Shown here: positions 26,769 through 38,757 of the stretch, piece by piece
How the letters are laid out: each line of letters begins with the position of its first letter
Numbering within the stretch: the stretch's first letter is position 1
DNA from: Tubiluchus corallicola
Taxonomy: Eukaryota; Animalia; Priapulida
DNA: 59,519 nt
Reading direction: 5' to 3'
Assembly (NCBI GenBank): GCA_030141605.1
Contig: JAQGDQ010001145.1
Location: 1 to 59,519, forward strand
Program-made: the position numbers and the translations under genes
The notes under the pieces: generated by a model
Seen by the model: only the letters and a program-made list of their open reading frames with translations
Told to the model about the DNA's origin: nothing
Database searches by the model: none

Positions 26769-27754
26769 CTAAAACTTTCATTTTTCTCGATATAAAAATA
26801 TTTTAATTGTAGTATTAACAATGCTAAAATAGTATTCGTAATAAATTTGTATATAATATTTGTATTCGTTATTCGTTACATAAAAATTACAGATTCGTTC
26901 GCGTCCATTGTGCAACTATAGAACATATTCTGGCCTAATTTTGAAAACTATTAAAATCATTTTCGTCTTTAATATCAGCGATTTTTTTCAAATGTTTACA
27001 CCCCTTACCTCCACTGTTATTTCCCTTATTATATAATATTTGTAACATTATATATGTATATATATATATAATATATTATAGTTAAAGTTATAATTGTTCT
27101 CTATTAAGGTTTAATGAACCGTTGAATCGTAGAAAGTCGTTCGTGTTAGCGTCTGTGGAATGTACAGCACCGTGTAGAATAATTAAAAGCGAATCTCTCT
27201 TCTTGTTATGAATTCTTTATTATTAACATCAATTATGAAAACGTTAGCATATCCTACGCAGAACGCGTGGCATCTTAGATGTGAGAAAGAGTTCATTACT
27301 TATTGCACAAAGCAAGTAATTTTATCATATTTGAATATTAATATCAGTTTTGCACGGTTAATTGGCAGGAATTTAAAAGTGAAAAAGTTTAAAGCTGTGA
27401 AAAACTTGGTGAAAATTTAATTTAATTTAATTTATTTCGTGATCTTCAGAGTACAGTACACGAATGACAAGGCAGTTAAGACGTGAAATAGAATAAAATA
27501 AAATTTAGTGCTGTGAAAGACTTTGTGAAAAGTTAATTCAATTCAATTTATTTCATGATCTTCAAGGTACAGTACACGGAATGACAAGGCAGTTGAAAAG
27601 TGAAATAAAATAGTAGACTACTACAAAAACAGCGCAAATTAAAACAAAGTGATGATAATAATATAACTAGAACATTACGGTAAAAAAACACAACGAACTA
27701 AAATAGCTGCTTTGTTAAAAAGTAAAAATTTGCTAAATTCAACGTTACATGGCC

Positions 27755-27915
27755 GTTTTTCTAAATAATTTTCTTTTGCCAGCATTTGCAGTTGGAGCAT
27801 CATTCACATTTGATGGCAGTTTTTTTCCATAAAGTTACAACTCTGTTACTCTGAAGAAATGCTTAAGGCAACTAAGTGAGTTTTTTCACTTGTAATTTCA
27901 AATGGTGGCCCTTGT
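27755..27915 (-). mobile_element. CR1-type LINE ORF2 C-terminal remnant
   Basis: Degenerate translation RVVTLWKKLPSNVNDAPTANA resembles the CR1 RVV.LWN.LP motif. Confidence 0.55.
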
Positions 27916-28019
27916 AATATTTGTAATTGGTGGAAAGTTAAAAATGATTCACTTGAGATTGGTAAGTCCCCTTGAAGCTGTAGCTTATAGTTTATTTTAT
28001 ACTTGTTATCTAAGGACTA

Positions 28020-28476
28020 GCCGGGCCACATTAAACTTTCCGGCAATTCCTGCGGGCCACAGGCAGTTTGATCAAGGAGCCAAGTACAGAAAGGCCTAAT
28101 AATGATTTTTTTGCATCCGACCTGCGTACATCATTACTACTACACTCAAGAAACTATTTTAGAAGTTATTAAAATTTATATTACAAACCAAATATTTCTA
28201 CTTTCAGGACAGATAGTGGTAATTTCATTACAATGCATATTAGTAATGTGTATCACACAGTCTGTGTAGTACAGTGACATTAAACTACAACCGTCTTGTA
28301 AGGGTTAATGGCATCCGATCTAGTAGAAAAAACTACCCGCACTATCTTTGGGATCGTGGCACGGACTTCAGCTGGATACACTCAATTAATCGCCCGGGCC
28401 GCACTTTCATTAAGTTGACAAATCTCTTCGCGGGCCGCACAAATTCTCTCGGGGGGCCGCAATTTGCACACCCCTG
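28020..28476. mobile_element. hAT/Charlie-like MITE, left end eroded
   Basis: Right terminus GCACACCCCTG and repeated GGGCCGCA subterminal motifs; no clear TSD. Confidence 0.5.
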
Positions 28477-29499
28477 GTCTAGATCTTTTAAAGGATTTGT
28501 TTCCTTGAATTTTGTTCTGAAGCCTCGAACATCTAGTGTTCCAATTCTTATTACAACAGCATTATGATGACCCATGTGTTGTTCAGTCTTCTAATTCTAC
28601 CTCTATAACTAAGCATACAACTACAACAAGATATATCCACTGCCATATTAATTAAATCATAGTTTTTTTTCATTTTTTGTGCATAGTTGTAAATATGTTT
28701 GATTTTATTCGTCGTTACTTTCCATTACTGCACAGTAGTTTAGATTGCACTGACGCATTTGCCTTTAGCAGTGTAAGTTTTTATTAACTAACACTGATTG
28801 ATCATCTCTGTAAAGTTTTTATCAGTGATTATCAATGTATTTTAATGGCAAATAAAGATTATTATATATATATATATATATATATGTAAGAATCCATGCT
28901 GATGCTACCACAACTACCTTTACTACGCGCTTGAATCATTGCAGAGAGAAGGATGCCCAGCCATACAAGGAGGCGGGCATTTAACACAAAATGCTTTAAT
29001 TTAGATGAAAATTAAAGTCAGTGGCTTGTCAGCACCACTTCCCGCACGAGGACATAGTTAAATAGTTCGAAAAGAATAGATTCTGATTACAGCTATGGTG
29101 GATAAAACGATTGTCCACTGCTGTTTATTTCCGTTTTTCACTCGAACAGAAATTTAAATAACTTATGTCAGCTATTGTTAGCAATTTTATATCTTTACTT
29201 CACTTTATTTCGATGTTGCTAGGAAAATGCAGCAAAACGATAAACAAATAAAAATTTATGAAATTCTCAAAATTTAGTACTAAATTTAATTTTAGTAATT
29301 CAGAATAAAAATCTTACAAAACTGTAAAATGGAATTTTGTCTTTCGAAATGAAAGAAAAAATTTGCAGTAGGATTTATTCACGGTAAATGCCTGGGCACC
29401 AATTTTACACTGTATGAAATGTACTGAAAGCACAGAAACTGTCAGACATATTCTGATATATTTTTGATTTGAGTGGCGAGTTACGGCGACGCTGCATCG

Positions 29500-29836
29500 G
29501 TTATTATTAATTATCATTGGTATTAGTATGGTTATTGTTGTTGTTATTGTTGTTAATATTATTATTGTTATTATTATTGTTGTTCTTGTTGTTGCTGCTG
29601 CTATTGTTGTTGTTGTTGCTGTTGTTGTTGTTGCTGCTGCTGTTGTTATTGTTGCTGTTGTTGTTGTTATTATTGTTGTTAATATTATTATTGTTATTGT
29701 TATTACTATTGTTGTTGTTGTTATTGTTGCTGTTGTTGTTGTTCTTGTTGTTGGTGTTGTTGTTGTTTTTGCTGTTGTTATTCTTGCTCTTGTTGTTGTT
29801 ATTGCTGTTGTTTTTGTTGCTGTTGTTGTTGTTATT

Positions 29837-29916
<80 letters not shown>

Positions 29917-29930
29917 TATTATTATTATTG
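29500..29930. repeat. Compound (GTT)n/(ATC)n microsatellite
   Basis: Direct; begins just inside the intron after the 29945 donor. Confidence 0.95.
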
Positions 29931-29944
29931 TTTAACACACCTAC

Positions 29945-30361
29945 CTGATGATGACTGAAATGCGGATGATAACCTCCATAGTGACTATGATGAGCGTCAG
30001 TCATTCCCATTGTTGGCTGCATTGTTGTCAATCTCGCCAGGTCCTCCATGCTGGACGGTTGATACGCAGCTTTGCGCTCGTCGTACGCGTACTTGCGATT
30101 GTACGTACCGTCGTACGGCTGGCGAGTGTACGCGTACGTCGACTGTTTATCGTCCAGCAGGTACAACTTAGTGTCCACAAACTGCTGCTGATGACCACAA
30201 GTGTCCGCTTGCGATTTAGGGTCCAGTTGGAAATAATTTTTTTCTTCTCCCGTGTATGTTTTGCTGTCCGGTAGAGAAGAGTACTGTTGTTTAATGTCAC
30301 TTGAGGGATACTTCTCTTTTTCTTCCAGCTTGCTGGGTTGATGACGACGTTTCGAATCCAG
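29945..30361 (-). CDS. Unassigned coding-like exon, candidate alternative POU4 5' exon
   Basis: Frame open from 30421 to donor CAG|GTAGGT at 29945 (phase 0); non-repetitive, GC-richer, Tyr/His/Gln-rich ~139 aa; first in-frame ATG at 30049; 5' boundary uncertain. Confidence 0.55.
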
Positions 30362-30820
30362 GAAAATAAAACAAATTAAAATTAAACCCGCCGAAAGGCT
30401 AGAATTTCTGATTATGGCCAGTTATGATCCTTATCAAGGCCTGATAAGTTTACTTAGTCTTCTCTAGCCACTCTTGCTGTAAGACAAAAAATTATGAATG
30501 AACTTCTAAACCTTTCTAGTTTTTACCAAACACAACCTTCAGTGATTCAATGGCTTCTCCAGTCTGGCTTCCACACATAAATGACCAGAATTATACCACC
30601 ATTATCAGTTTTCTCTGCTATTTGAAAAGAAAACACTGTCTCTTGTTTGCTCAAGCACTTATTCAGTAAAAAACCCGATGAAATCTCGCAGCGGGACGTC
30701 ACACCTGTCCGAACGGTGATCAGTGTGTGTTCACTTACCTGCCAGGTGCGTTACAGGTAGTAAGTCACTCTCATCCACTCGTAATTAATTAACCTAAAGT
30801 AATGAAACGTATGTTGCGTT

Positions 30821-31178
30821 GTTGCGTTGGGAGCGTAATCTCAGCTAGGAGGAAACCAGGGAGTTTCCACTACAGGTAACTAAACCAGGGCGTGTCCATT
30901 ACAGGTAGTCTGATTAGGGCATGTCCATTAAAGTAAAGGGTTGCGTTGGGAGCGTAATCTCAGCTATGAGGAAACCAGGGAGTTTCTACTACAGGTAACT
31001 AAACCAGGGCGTGTCCATTACAGGTAATCTGATCAGGGCATATCCATTAAAGTAAAGGGTTGCGTTGGGAGCGTAATCTCAGCTATGAGGAAACCAGGGA
31101 GTTTCTACTACAGGTAACTAAACCAGGGCGTGTCCATTACAGGTAATCTGATCAGGGCATAGTCATTAAAATAAAGGA
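30821..31178. repeat. 119-bp tandem repeat, 3 copies
   Basis: GTTGCGTTGGGAGCGTAATC at 30821, 30940 and 31059. Confidence 0.93.
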
Positions 31179-31254
31179 TGGGTCCAGATTCGTTAGCCGA
31201 ATCTGCGTGAACGAAGCGGTCTAAATTTCACACAGAAAGGACATTCGTTTGTTT

Positions 31255-31545
31255 GTAAGTGTTAGTATGTTAGCGTTAGTGTTAGTGTAAGTGTTAGTAT
31301 GTTAGCGTTAGTGTTAGTGTAAGTGTTAGTATGTGTTAGTGTAAGTGTTAGTATGTGTTAGTGTAAGTGTTAGTGTAAGTGTTAAGTGTTAGCGTGTGTT
31401 AGTGTAAGTGTTAGCATGTGTTAGTGTTAGTGTTAGTGTAAGTGTTAGTATGTGTTTGTCTAAGTATGTGTTAGTATATGTTAGTGTTAGTGTTAGTGTA
31501 AGTGTTAGTAAGTGTTAGTGTAAGTGTTAGTATGTGTTAGTGTTA
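31255..31545. repeat. (GTGTTA)n-type microsatellite
   Basis: Direct. Confidence 0.9.
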
Positions 31546-31829
31546 CCATGTGTTTCTGTGATCCACCGTATGCAGACTGAGATTGGTCAAGTGAACACGC
31601 ACAGCTGCTCTCATTAACATAATTAAATAGGTCCACCGATGAAAATTGCAGTAAATCCATTTTAATTTTCTGTTGTATCGTAAGTATTCTGCTTATTAAC
31701 CATTCGTGAGCCAACTAAACCTTCTACAAACAATGTGTTGATAAGGACGCTGATTCATTCCTCAACTAATAGTCTCTTCTCTGGGATTTTCAAAAAGCAG
31801 CAGATAACAATCTACAGCCGATGCCTACC

Positions 31830-32205
31830 GGTCTTGAAGTCTTGAATAATAATGTACTTACAAAAGTCTTTTACGACATGATAGAAGTTTGGGGTGCACG
31901 TGGTTAGTGTACACGCTGCAACTTGCTAACTGGTGATGGTATTAGAGCTTATGAAAAGAGGTGAAACAAGCAAAACAAACATGGTGGGTGCGGGCTAAAA
32001 ACACAGTTAGATTATCAGACAGGTTAGGTGGGATGACACCCTCATGGTAGAAACAGCAGAGGGTGCTAGTGCTCGGAAGTGATCTTTAGAAGTGATTTCT
32101 CGTTCTAGTGGAAGTTTGTTCCACAAACGTATTGCTCTGGGGTAGAAGGAGTATAAATAAATAAATGTTAACTCTTGCTGATGGCTGAACAAATTTGTTG
32201 CTATC
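31830..32205 (-). mobile_element. CR1-type LINE 3' fragment
   Basis: Translation YLYSFYPRAIRLWNKLP, followed by 3' UTR and a TTCAAGAC tail repeat. Confidence 0.7.
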
Positions 32206-32206
32206 T

Positions 32207-32263
32207 TTGGGGGCCTCACACGTCCCACTTCTCCGGGCCTCGCTTAGGCTGAAATAGGCCCTG
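32207..32263. mobile_element. hAT MITE family A, right-end fragment
   Basis: Ends in CTGAAATAGGCCCTG, as in the 801-1104 copy. Confidence 0.85.
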
Positions 32264-33648
32264 CTGAACAGAACTTCATCTGTCGTTGTGAAAGACCGAA
32301 AATCATAAAAAATAAATTTAATTTGCAATTAGATTAATAACCTGTAAAACCGCTATTACTGTGGTACATATGGCTTCTATCTATCTGTTACCTATTCTAG
32401 AAATGGGTTTAACCTAGTAGAGATCTGTTGCTCTAGTTTTGCTATATTCTGTACTACCAGTTGGCTTTTACAAGACATTATAGGCAGACATCATTTTACC
32501 TGTATTTCTGTGGAAACTTCTGTATCAATAAACGTTTAAAGTATATTCTACTGTTATACCTTTTGTCAACACGACATCATAGCGGAGACTTCTAAATACA
32601 TGCAAGTTGTTATGTATTAATGCGTCAGAACGCATGGTAAATAAAGTAGTTCGGTAACACGCATAATGGTGTAATGTATTTCGTTATTTCTACTAGATAG
32701 AAATCCAGGTACATCAACATAAATCGCAAGTCAAGTCTATAGTACGTACTAGAGTAATGGGCGTGGCATTCCAGCTCTCAACCAATCATGTTGAAGCCAT
32801 TTCAGTTCCAAAGAAAACTCTGGCATTCTATTACGCGCATTAATACATAAAGCAAAGAATTTAGTCCGGGCAACCTAACAGTACTGGACTTGTACGTTAT
32901 TGTCTATGAATATTTAACAGCTGCCCAGTTTCCCAGCAGTCACGTGACTCGTCTGCTTTGTGTGGAGTTACGAGAACTGGTGGGCTTCAAATGATCTGAA
33001 GAGGCAATTATCAGACCTCCAGAGATCCATGTGACAGTGTAAGACTACTCGATAACAACATTATATGTTCAATATCAGACGCTCGATACATCTGCACACG
33101 TATAGAGGTATACAAAATTGCTTTAAGCCTTGCAACACCTGGTTTATACCTAGTCTAGTTCGTTGTTAATGTATGGAACACACTCATGAATACCTCTTTC
33201 ATTCATGTCCATAAGCCCAAAAGAGCAATCTTTGAAGTGACAATAGACCAATCCAATATTAATACAAATTTAGTTTTTATTTCTGCAAGCCTCAACGTGA
33301 CTCAAATTCCCAATATTCAGTTGACTCAATGAGGTGCGGAAATTTTGCTCACGATGTTGAAAGAAAAAAGTAACGCAATTGTTTGAAAATTACCACACTG
33401 CTGTAACAGATGCTTATGTATAAACACCAAAATCTTAAGGCACTACTAGTATTTTTATTGTCATTACGACGAACAAGACAATGGACATTTACACTAACGA
33501 CACATCTACACGCGTATAGAGACACAGACTTTAAAATAAATGCCGTAATAATTTTTTCACTATTGTTAAGATTTACTGCAAGTGTTCTATATGTGATCAT
33601 TTTCACTGCAAACTAGTCGAAGGCGTTTCTTCCAACAACTGACATAGA

Positions 33649-34052
33649 AACGCTTCCAGTAGTTTCTATCTGATATGAAATGCATCAGTCTTAAATATTC
33701 GTACATTAATCTTTTCTAAGCGTCATTTTCTACTAATGTCTAATGTAATCTTGTAGTAAAACTTGTCAGCTTGTGTAGTTATAGTCTATTCTTACTGTAA
33801 ATGTTACTAATGTCTAATGTAATCTTGTAGTAAAACGTGTCAGCTTGTGTAGTTATAGACTATTCTTACTGTAAATGTTATTAATGTCTAATGTAATCTT
33901 GTAGTAAAATTTGTCAGCTTGTGTAGTTATAGTCTATTCTTACTGTAAATGTTCTTGGTAAATAGTGTATAAAGTCTGTTGTGGTGAGGATCCTAAATCA
34001 CGTTGTTCAAACTGTCTGATCCAATTCTATAATAAATTACGTTTGAACTAAC
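33649..34052 (+). mobile_element. Second copy of the element with the 74-bp internal tandem array
   Basis: Matches 9150-9678 with fewer units. Confidence 0.7.
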
Positions 34053-34182
34053 TGACATATTTTCTTACTTCTTTTATGAGTATTAAATTTGGTCCAGGGG
34101 CTCAACAATATTTGCCTTTAGTCCTTTACATCAAAAGACACTGTACGACGACTGTTGATGCTTTCTCTGGATACTCAAAATA

Positions 34183-34260
34183 CAGTGTTCCCTCACTTAT
34201 CGCGGGTGTTCCGTTCCAGGCCCACACGCGATAAGTGAATTTCCGCAAAGTAGGGATGCT
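34183..34260. mobile_element. Tigger/pogo-like MITE left end
   Basis: TA|CAGTGTTCCCTCACTTATCGCG...CGCGATAAGTGA with internal palindrome; partner end not found. Confidence 0.5.
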
Positions 34261-34359
34261 ATACTTATTTTAGTAGTTATACATTATTCGTGTGTTGTGT
34301 ACTCAAGCGGGCTCAAGTACTACATTATAGCAAATTTTGCTTAAATTGAATTCGGTGGG

Positions 34360-34700
34360 TTCTAGCTAACATGGTAACAGCAATGAAACAACATCTCTAG
34401 TTACCATGGCAACAGGTCTCGCTACCATGGCAACAGCTCTAGCTACCATGGTAACAGCAAAAACAACAGCTCGAGCTACCATGGCAACAGCAATGAAACA
34501 GCTGTAGATACCACGGTAACGGCAACGAAACAACAACTCTAGCTACCATGGTAACGGCAATAAAACAACAGCTCTAGCTACCATGGTAACAGCGATGAAA
34601 CAACAGCTCTAGTTACCATGGCAACAGCAACGAAACAACAGCTCTAGCTACTATGGCAACAGCTCTAGCTAAACAGCAATGAAACAACAACAACATGAAA
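34360..34700. repeat. 21-35 bp minisatellite with G(C/T)TACCATGG(C/T)AAC core, ~10 cores
   Basis: Direct; the core matches the RFX X-box consensus. Confidence 0.88.
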
Positions 34701-34869
34701 CGACATGTAATTTCATGGTATCACCTAAATCGACATTTTTCACAATACTCAGCCATTTTTTAAATTATTTTTTATCATTACTTTGTACACACAAATTTTT
34801 GCATTTTGCGAACACAAGCGAAAAACGAAACACAAGACAACGGTTACATTTAATATGTTTCTCGAAGAT

Positions 34870-34875
34870 TTTATT
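34870..34875 (-). terminator. Candidate PAN3 polyadenylation signal
   Basis: Minus-strand AATAAA followed ~25-55 nt later by a GT-rich element (GTTGTCTTGTGTTTCGTTTTT). Confidence 0.45.
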
Positions 34876-35371
34876 TAATAAAAATACATAGTACATCAGA
34901 AAAAATGTCTTTTTACATCAGTCTGTACAAACAACTATGATGAAATTTTAAAACACTTTTGTCTTCATTAATACAACATCAACAGAAACTAGACATCGCA
35001 GCCGACATAATTCAACATTTCTCATCATTCTAGGTAAAATAGATTCACACAAATCTTACATGCTAATGATGCCGTAACAACTTAGTACATTTTTACACAG
35101 AAGACACGATTCAGCAACAGATATTGAGAAAAATACAGGCAGGTCCACTAGGACCCACCATTTTGTATGCACCTAGCAAAAGGCAATAAAACGTTCAGTG
35201 GTATTTTACATCACACCCCCCGGGTACGTTAGTAAAAAAAATGGAAGCCATTAGTTTTAAGACTCGTTGACAGACTTGCAAGCAATGTAATTCATTGCAA
35301 CACCCATAGTTCCACAGTACACTGGGAAAATTTCATCATTTTTACAATCAATATAAGCAATCTTTCCAATA

Positions 35372-35500
35372 ACTTCTCTCTCTCTTTCGCTGTCTCGCCC
35401 TCCCCCCTCTCTCTCTCTTTCTCGTTCTCTCTCTCTCTCTCTTTCTCGTTCTCTCTCTCACTCTCTCTCTTTCTCTTTCTCGTTCTCTCTCTCTCTCTCT

Positions 35501-35582
<82 letters not shown>

Positions 35583-35677
35583 CTCTCTCTCTCTTTCTCT
35601 TTCTCGTTCTCTCTCCTCTCTCCGTCCCTCCCCCCTCTCTCTCTCTCCCTCCCCTCTCTCTCTCTCTTTCTCTCTCT
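35372..35677. repeat. (CT)n microsatellite
   Basis: Direct. Confidence 0.97.
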
Positions 35678-36269
35678 AAAATGGCTAGAACACTTTCTCT
35701 TCAAAATTTCTTCCTTTAAAATTTAGAGGAACCATTCTACAATCTTCAAAATTCACTTCTGCGGACCTTTCTATTCAAATGAAAAACCCAGCAGTGTTGA
35801 CCTTGTATCTAAAAAGCACCTCTTGGCTGTGAAAAAGTAAGAGGAGGAAGAAACAATGTAGAAGGAGGAAGAAACAACGTAATGCTGAAAGCAATTTCAT
35901 TTCCGAACTCTTACACAATAGTTTGCAGAGCAAAAACATACAAATAAAATCTAACTAAACGAATGTTTCCTCCTGGATAATAAAAAACAGACGTTCACTT
36001 GTATTAATGTCCACTGTGCATACTCATCATGGGCAATGGTTACTTTACCAATACTTTATGAGAACTTTCTAAACAACTACGTTCTTAATTGTACACGATC
36101 ATAACGAGCTAGCTAATTATCCATGCACTGGTTGACAGCAGACAACCTCCTATCAAAATTCACTGTAAGTTCAAAGACTCTATCATACCACACTACACAT
36201 TTCTCAGACCCGCAAGCCCACATATACAAACCAACTTGATGAAAATTGATAAAGTGAACTGGTAAAAAT

Positions 36270-36767
36270 TAGCATTGCTTCCGACATCCGATTCACATTC
36301 GAAAATGGTGATGCTTGTAAGAGTTTGCAAGTATTCGTATCCGATATTATACTGTAGTTGTAAAAATTTGATATTCGCTATCCGGTTTTCGTAACGTGCA
36401 ATTGAAAACGGTTTTCGAAAAATTTGACAGCCCAAAATAAATAAATTAGTTATTAGCAAAAAACCTAGAGATCGTTTTAGCGTCTACGTTTGCGTTTTCA
36501 ACACGAAAATTTTACATGCATCTTTTTTCGTTTGTGTGTGGCAATATGGGGTACCTTCGCGCTAGGTCGTTTAAGATGACAAAGTAAATGAATAAAGTTT
36601 GCAAACGTTTACAAATTTTTCATCATCCGAACTGATCCGCATATTCGATCCGAATTCAGCTAACCTATCCGGTTATTATAATCCGAATCCGGAAGTCGAT
36701 TTGAGGAAACGTTCGATGATATCCGGTATCCGTTGTCCGACAAAAAAGTGTATCTGGAGCAACACTA
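36270..36767. mobile_element. hAT-type MITE, family E
   Basis: Imperfect TIRs TAGCATTGCT / AGCAACACTA; 8-bp TSD GTAAAAAT/ATAAAAAT; ATCCG subterminal motifs. Confidence 0.7.
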
Positions 36768-36868
36768 ATAAAAATTCCGGAAAACTGGAACTGTCATGGC
36801 ACAGAGAGTGTGTATAGATATCACACCACAATGTTCAAATGTGGAATCACATAAACAGCAATGAAACG

Positions 36869-37362
36869 ACAGTCATCACTGATACCGATACAGTCATCAC
36901 TGATACTGATACAGTCATCACTGATACCGATACAGTCATCACTGATACCGATACAGTCATCACTGATACCGATACAGTCATCACTGATACCGATACAGTC
37001 ATCACTGATACCGATACAGTCATCACTGATACCGATACAGTCATCACTGATACCGATACAGTCATCACTGATACCGATACAGTCATCACTGACACCGATA
37101 CAGTCATCACTGATACCGATACAGTCATCACTGATACGATACAGTCATCACTGATACCGATACAGTCATCACTGATACCGATACAGTCATCACTGATACC
37201 GATACAGTCATCACTGATACCGATACAGTCATCACTGACACCGATACAGTCATCACTGATACCGATACAGTCATCACTGATAAAGCTACAGTCATCACTG
37301 ATACTGATACAGTCATCACTGATACCGATACAGTCATCACTGATACTGATACAGTCATCAGT
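36869..37362. repeat. 21-bp minisatellite ACAGTCATCACTGATACCGAT, ~23 copies
   Basis: Direct; explains the TVITDTD ORFs. Confidence 0.97.
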
Positions 37363-37686
37363 ATTCACTATTTCAGTCAAATTCCTAGGAAGAAACACTG
37401 AAACGGGTCATTCTTAATAGTATATACGAGAATAAGTAGCAAAAATTTACCATTTCCAAAATAGCAAAAATACAGCCCCCCCTCCCGCCAACCCCCCCTC
37501 TACATGATCCCTTCCCGTGTACCCCGTTACGTAGGAACATAATTAACGAATTTCAACATCATAATTGCTTTGGCGTCCGACTATGGAAAACATCAAAGCA
37601 GCCGCAAACAACAACAACAACAACAACATTATTCAAGCAGTTGGTTCGCGTACTCTCAGCAAAAGTTTGCATCATGAAATGCTGAA

Positions 37687-37851
37687 CTAGCTCGTCGGTG
37701 GCAGCGGCTGTAAGTGCGGAGCGCCGAGCGGTTGTAGCAGCTCACTGAACGATGTCTCCAGGCAATGTTTCAAATCAGCGTAGCTGACAATCAGAATGTT
37801 TTGTTCATCTCTTGACATGAGCTGAATCTTCTCTGGTACCCCAGCATCCAG
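37687..37851 (-). CDS. PAN3: PAN3 terminal coding exon
   Basis: Acceptor tttgtag|CTG; LDAGVPEKIQLMSRDEQNILIVSYADLKHCLETSFSELL...stop matches the PAN3 C-terminus; not in the ORF track. Confidence 0.96.
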   Translation of the reverse strand: MDAGVPEKIQLMSRDEQNILIVSYADLKHCLETSFSELLQPLGAPHLQPLPPTS

Positions 37852-37864
37852 CTACAAAGACAAG

Positions 37865-38757
37865 TAACCAAAAGTGTTGTTTACTTTTGTCCATTAACTC
37901 TCTCTTTAAGTAAGCTAAACTTCAAAAATCTTGATAAACAAGATGCTTGTTTATCGAGCAAGTTAGTAGTTACAAATAACCAAAAGTGTTGTTTACTTTT
38001 GTCCACTAACTCTTTCTTTAAGTTAGCTAAACTTCAAAAATCTTGATAAACAAGATGCTTGTTTATCGAGCTAGTTAGTAGTTACAAATAACCAAAAGTG
38101 TTGTTTATTTTTGTCCATTAACTCTTTCTTTAAGTAAGCTAAACTTCAAAAATCTTGATGAACAAGATGCTTGTTTATCAAGCAAGTTAGTAGTTACAAA
38201 TAACCAAAAGTGTTGTTTACTTTTGTCCACTAACTCTTTCTTTAAGTAAGCTAAACTTCAAAAATCTTGATAAACAAAATGCTTGTTTATCGAGCAAGTT
38301 AGTAGTTACAAATAACCAAAAGTGTTGTTTACTTTTGTCCACTAACTCTTTCTTTAAGTTAGCTAAACTTCAAAAATCTTGATGAACAAGATGCTTGTTT
38401 ATCAAGCAAGTTAGTAGTTAGAAATAACCAAAAGTGTTGTTTACTTTTGTCCACTAACTCTTTCTTTAAGTTAGCTAAACTTCAAAAATCTTGATAAACA
38501 AGATGCTTGTTTATCGAGCAAGTTAGTAGTTACAAATAACCAAAAGTGTTGTTTACTTTTGTCCACTAACTCTCTCTTTAAGTTAGCTGAACTTCAAAAA
38601 TCTTGATGAACAAGATGCTTGTTTATCAAGCAAGTTAGTAGTTACAAATAACCAAAAGTGTTGTTTACTTTTGTCCATTAACTCTTTCTTTAAGTAAGCT
38701 AAACTTCAAAAATGTTGATAAAACAAGATGCTTGTTTATCAAGCAAGTTAGCAGTTA
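37865..38757. repeat. 112-bp tandem repeat, 8 copies, abutting the PAN3 last acceptor
   Basis: TAACCAAAAG at 112-bp spacing; internal palindrome GATAAACAAG..CTTGTTTATC. Confidence 0.95.

Noticed and set aside
29507-29944. Poly-N/poly-D tail of the 223-aa ORF
   Set aside because: Lies past the strong donor at 29945 in an intronic microsatellite.
31255-31545. Interstitial telomeric repeat
   Set aside because: Units are TTAGTG-like and degenerate, not TTAGGG or TTAGG.
36839-37417. Thr/Asp-rich repeat protein ORFs
   Set aside because: A 21-bp minisatellite open in several frames on both strands, with a frameshifting unit.
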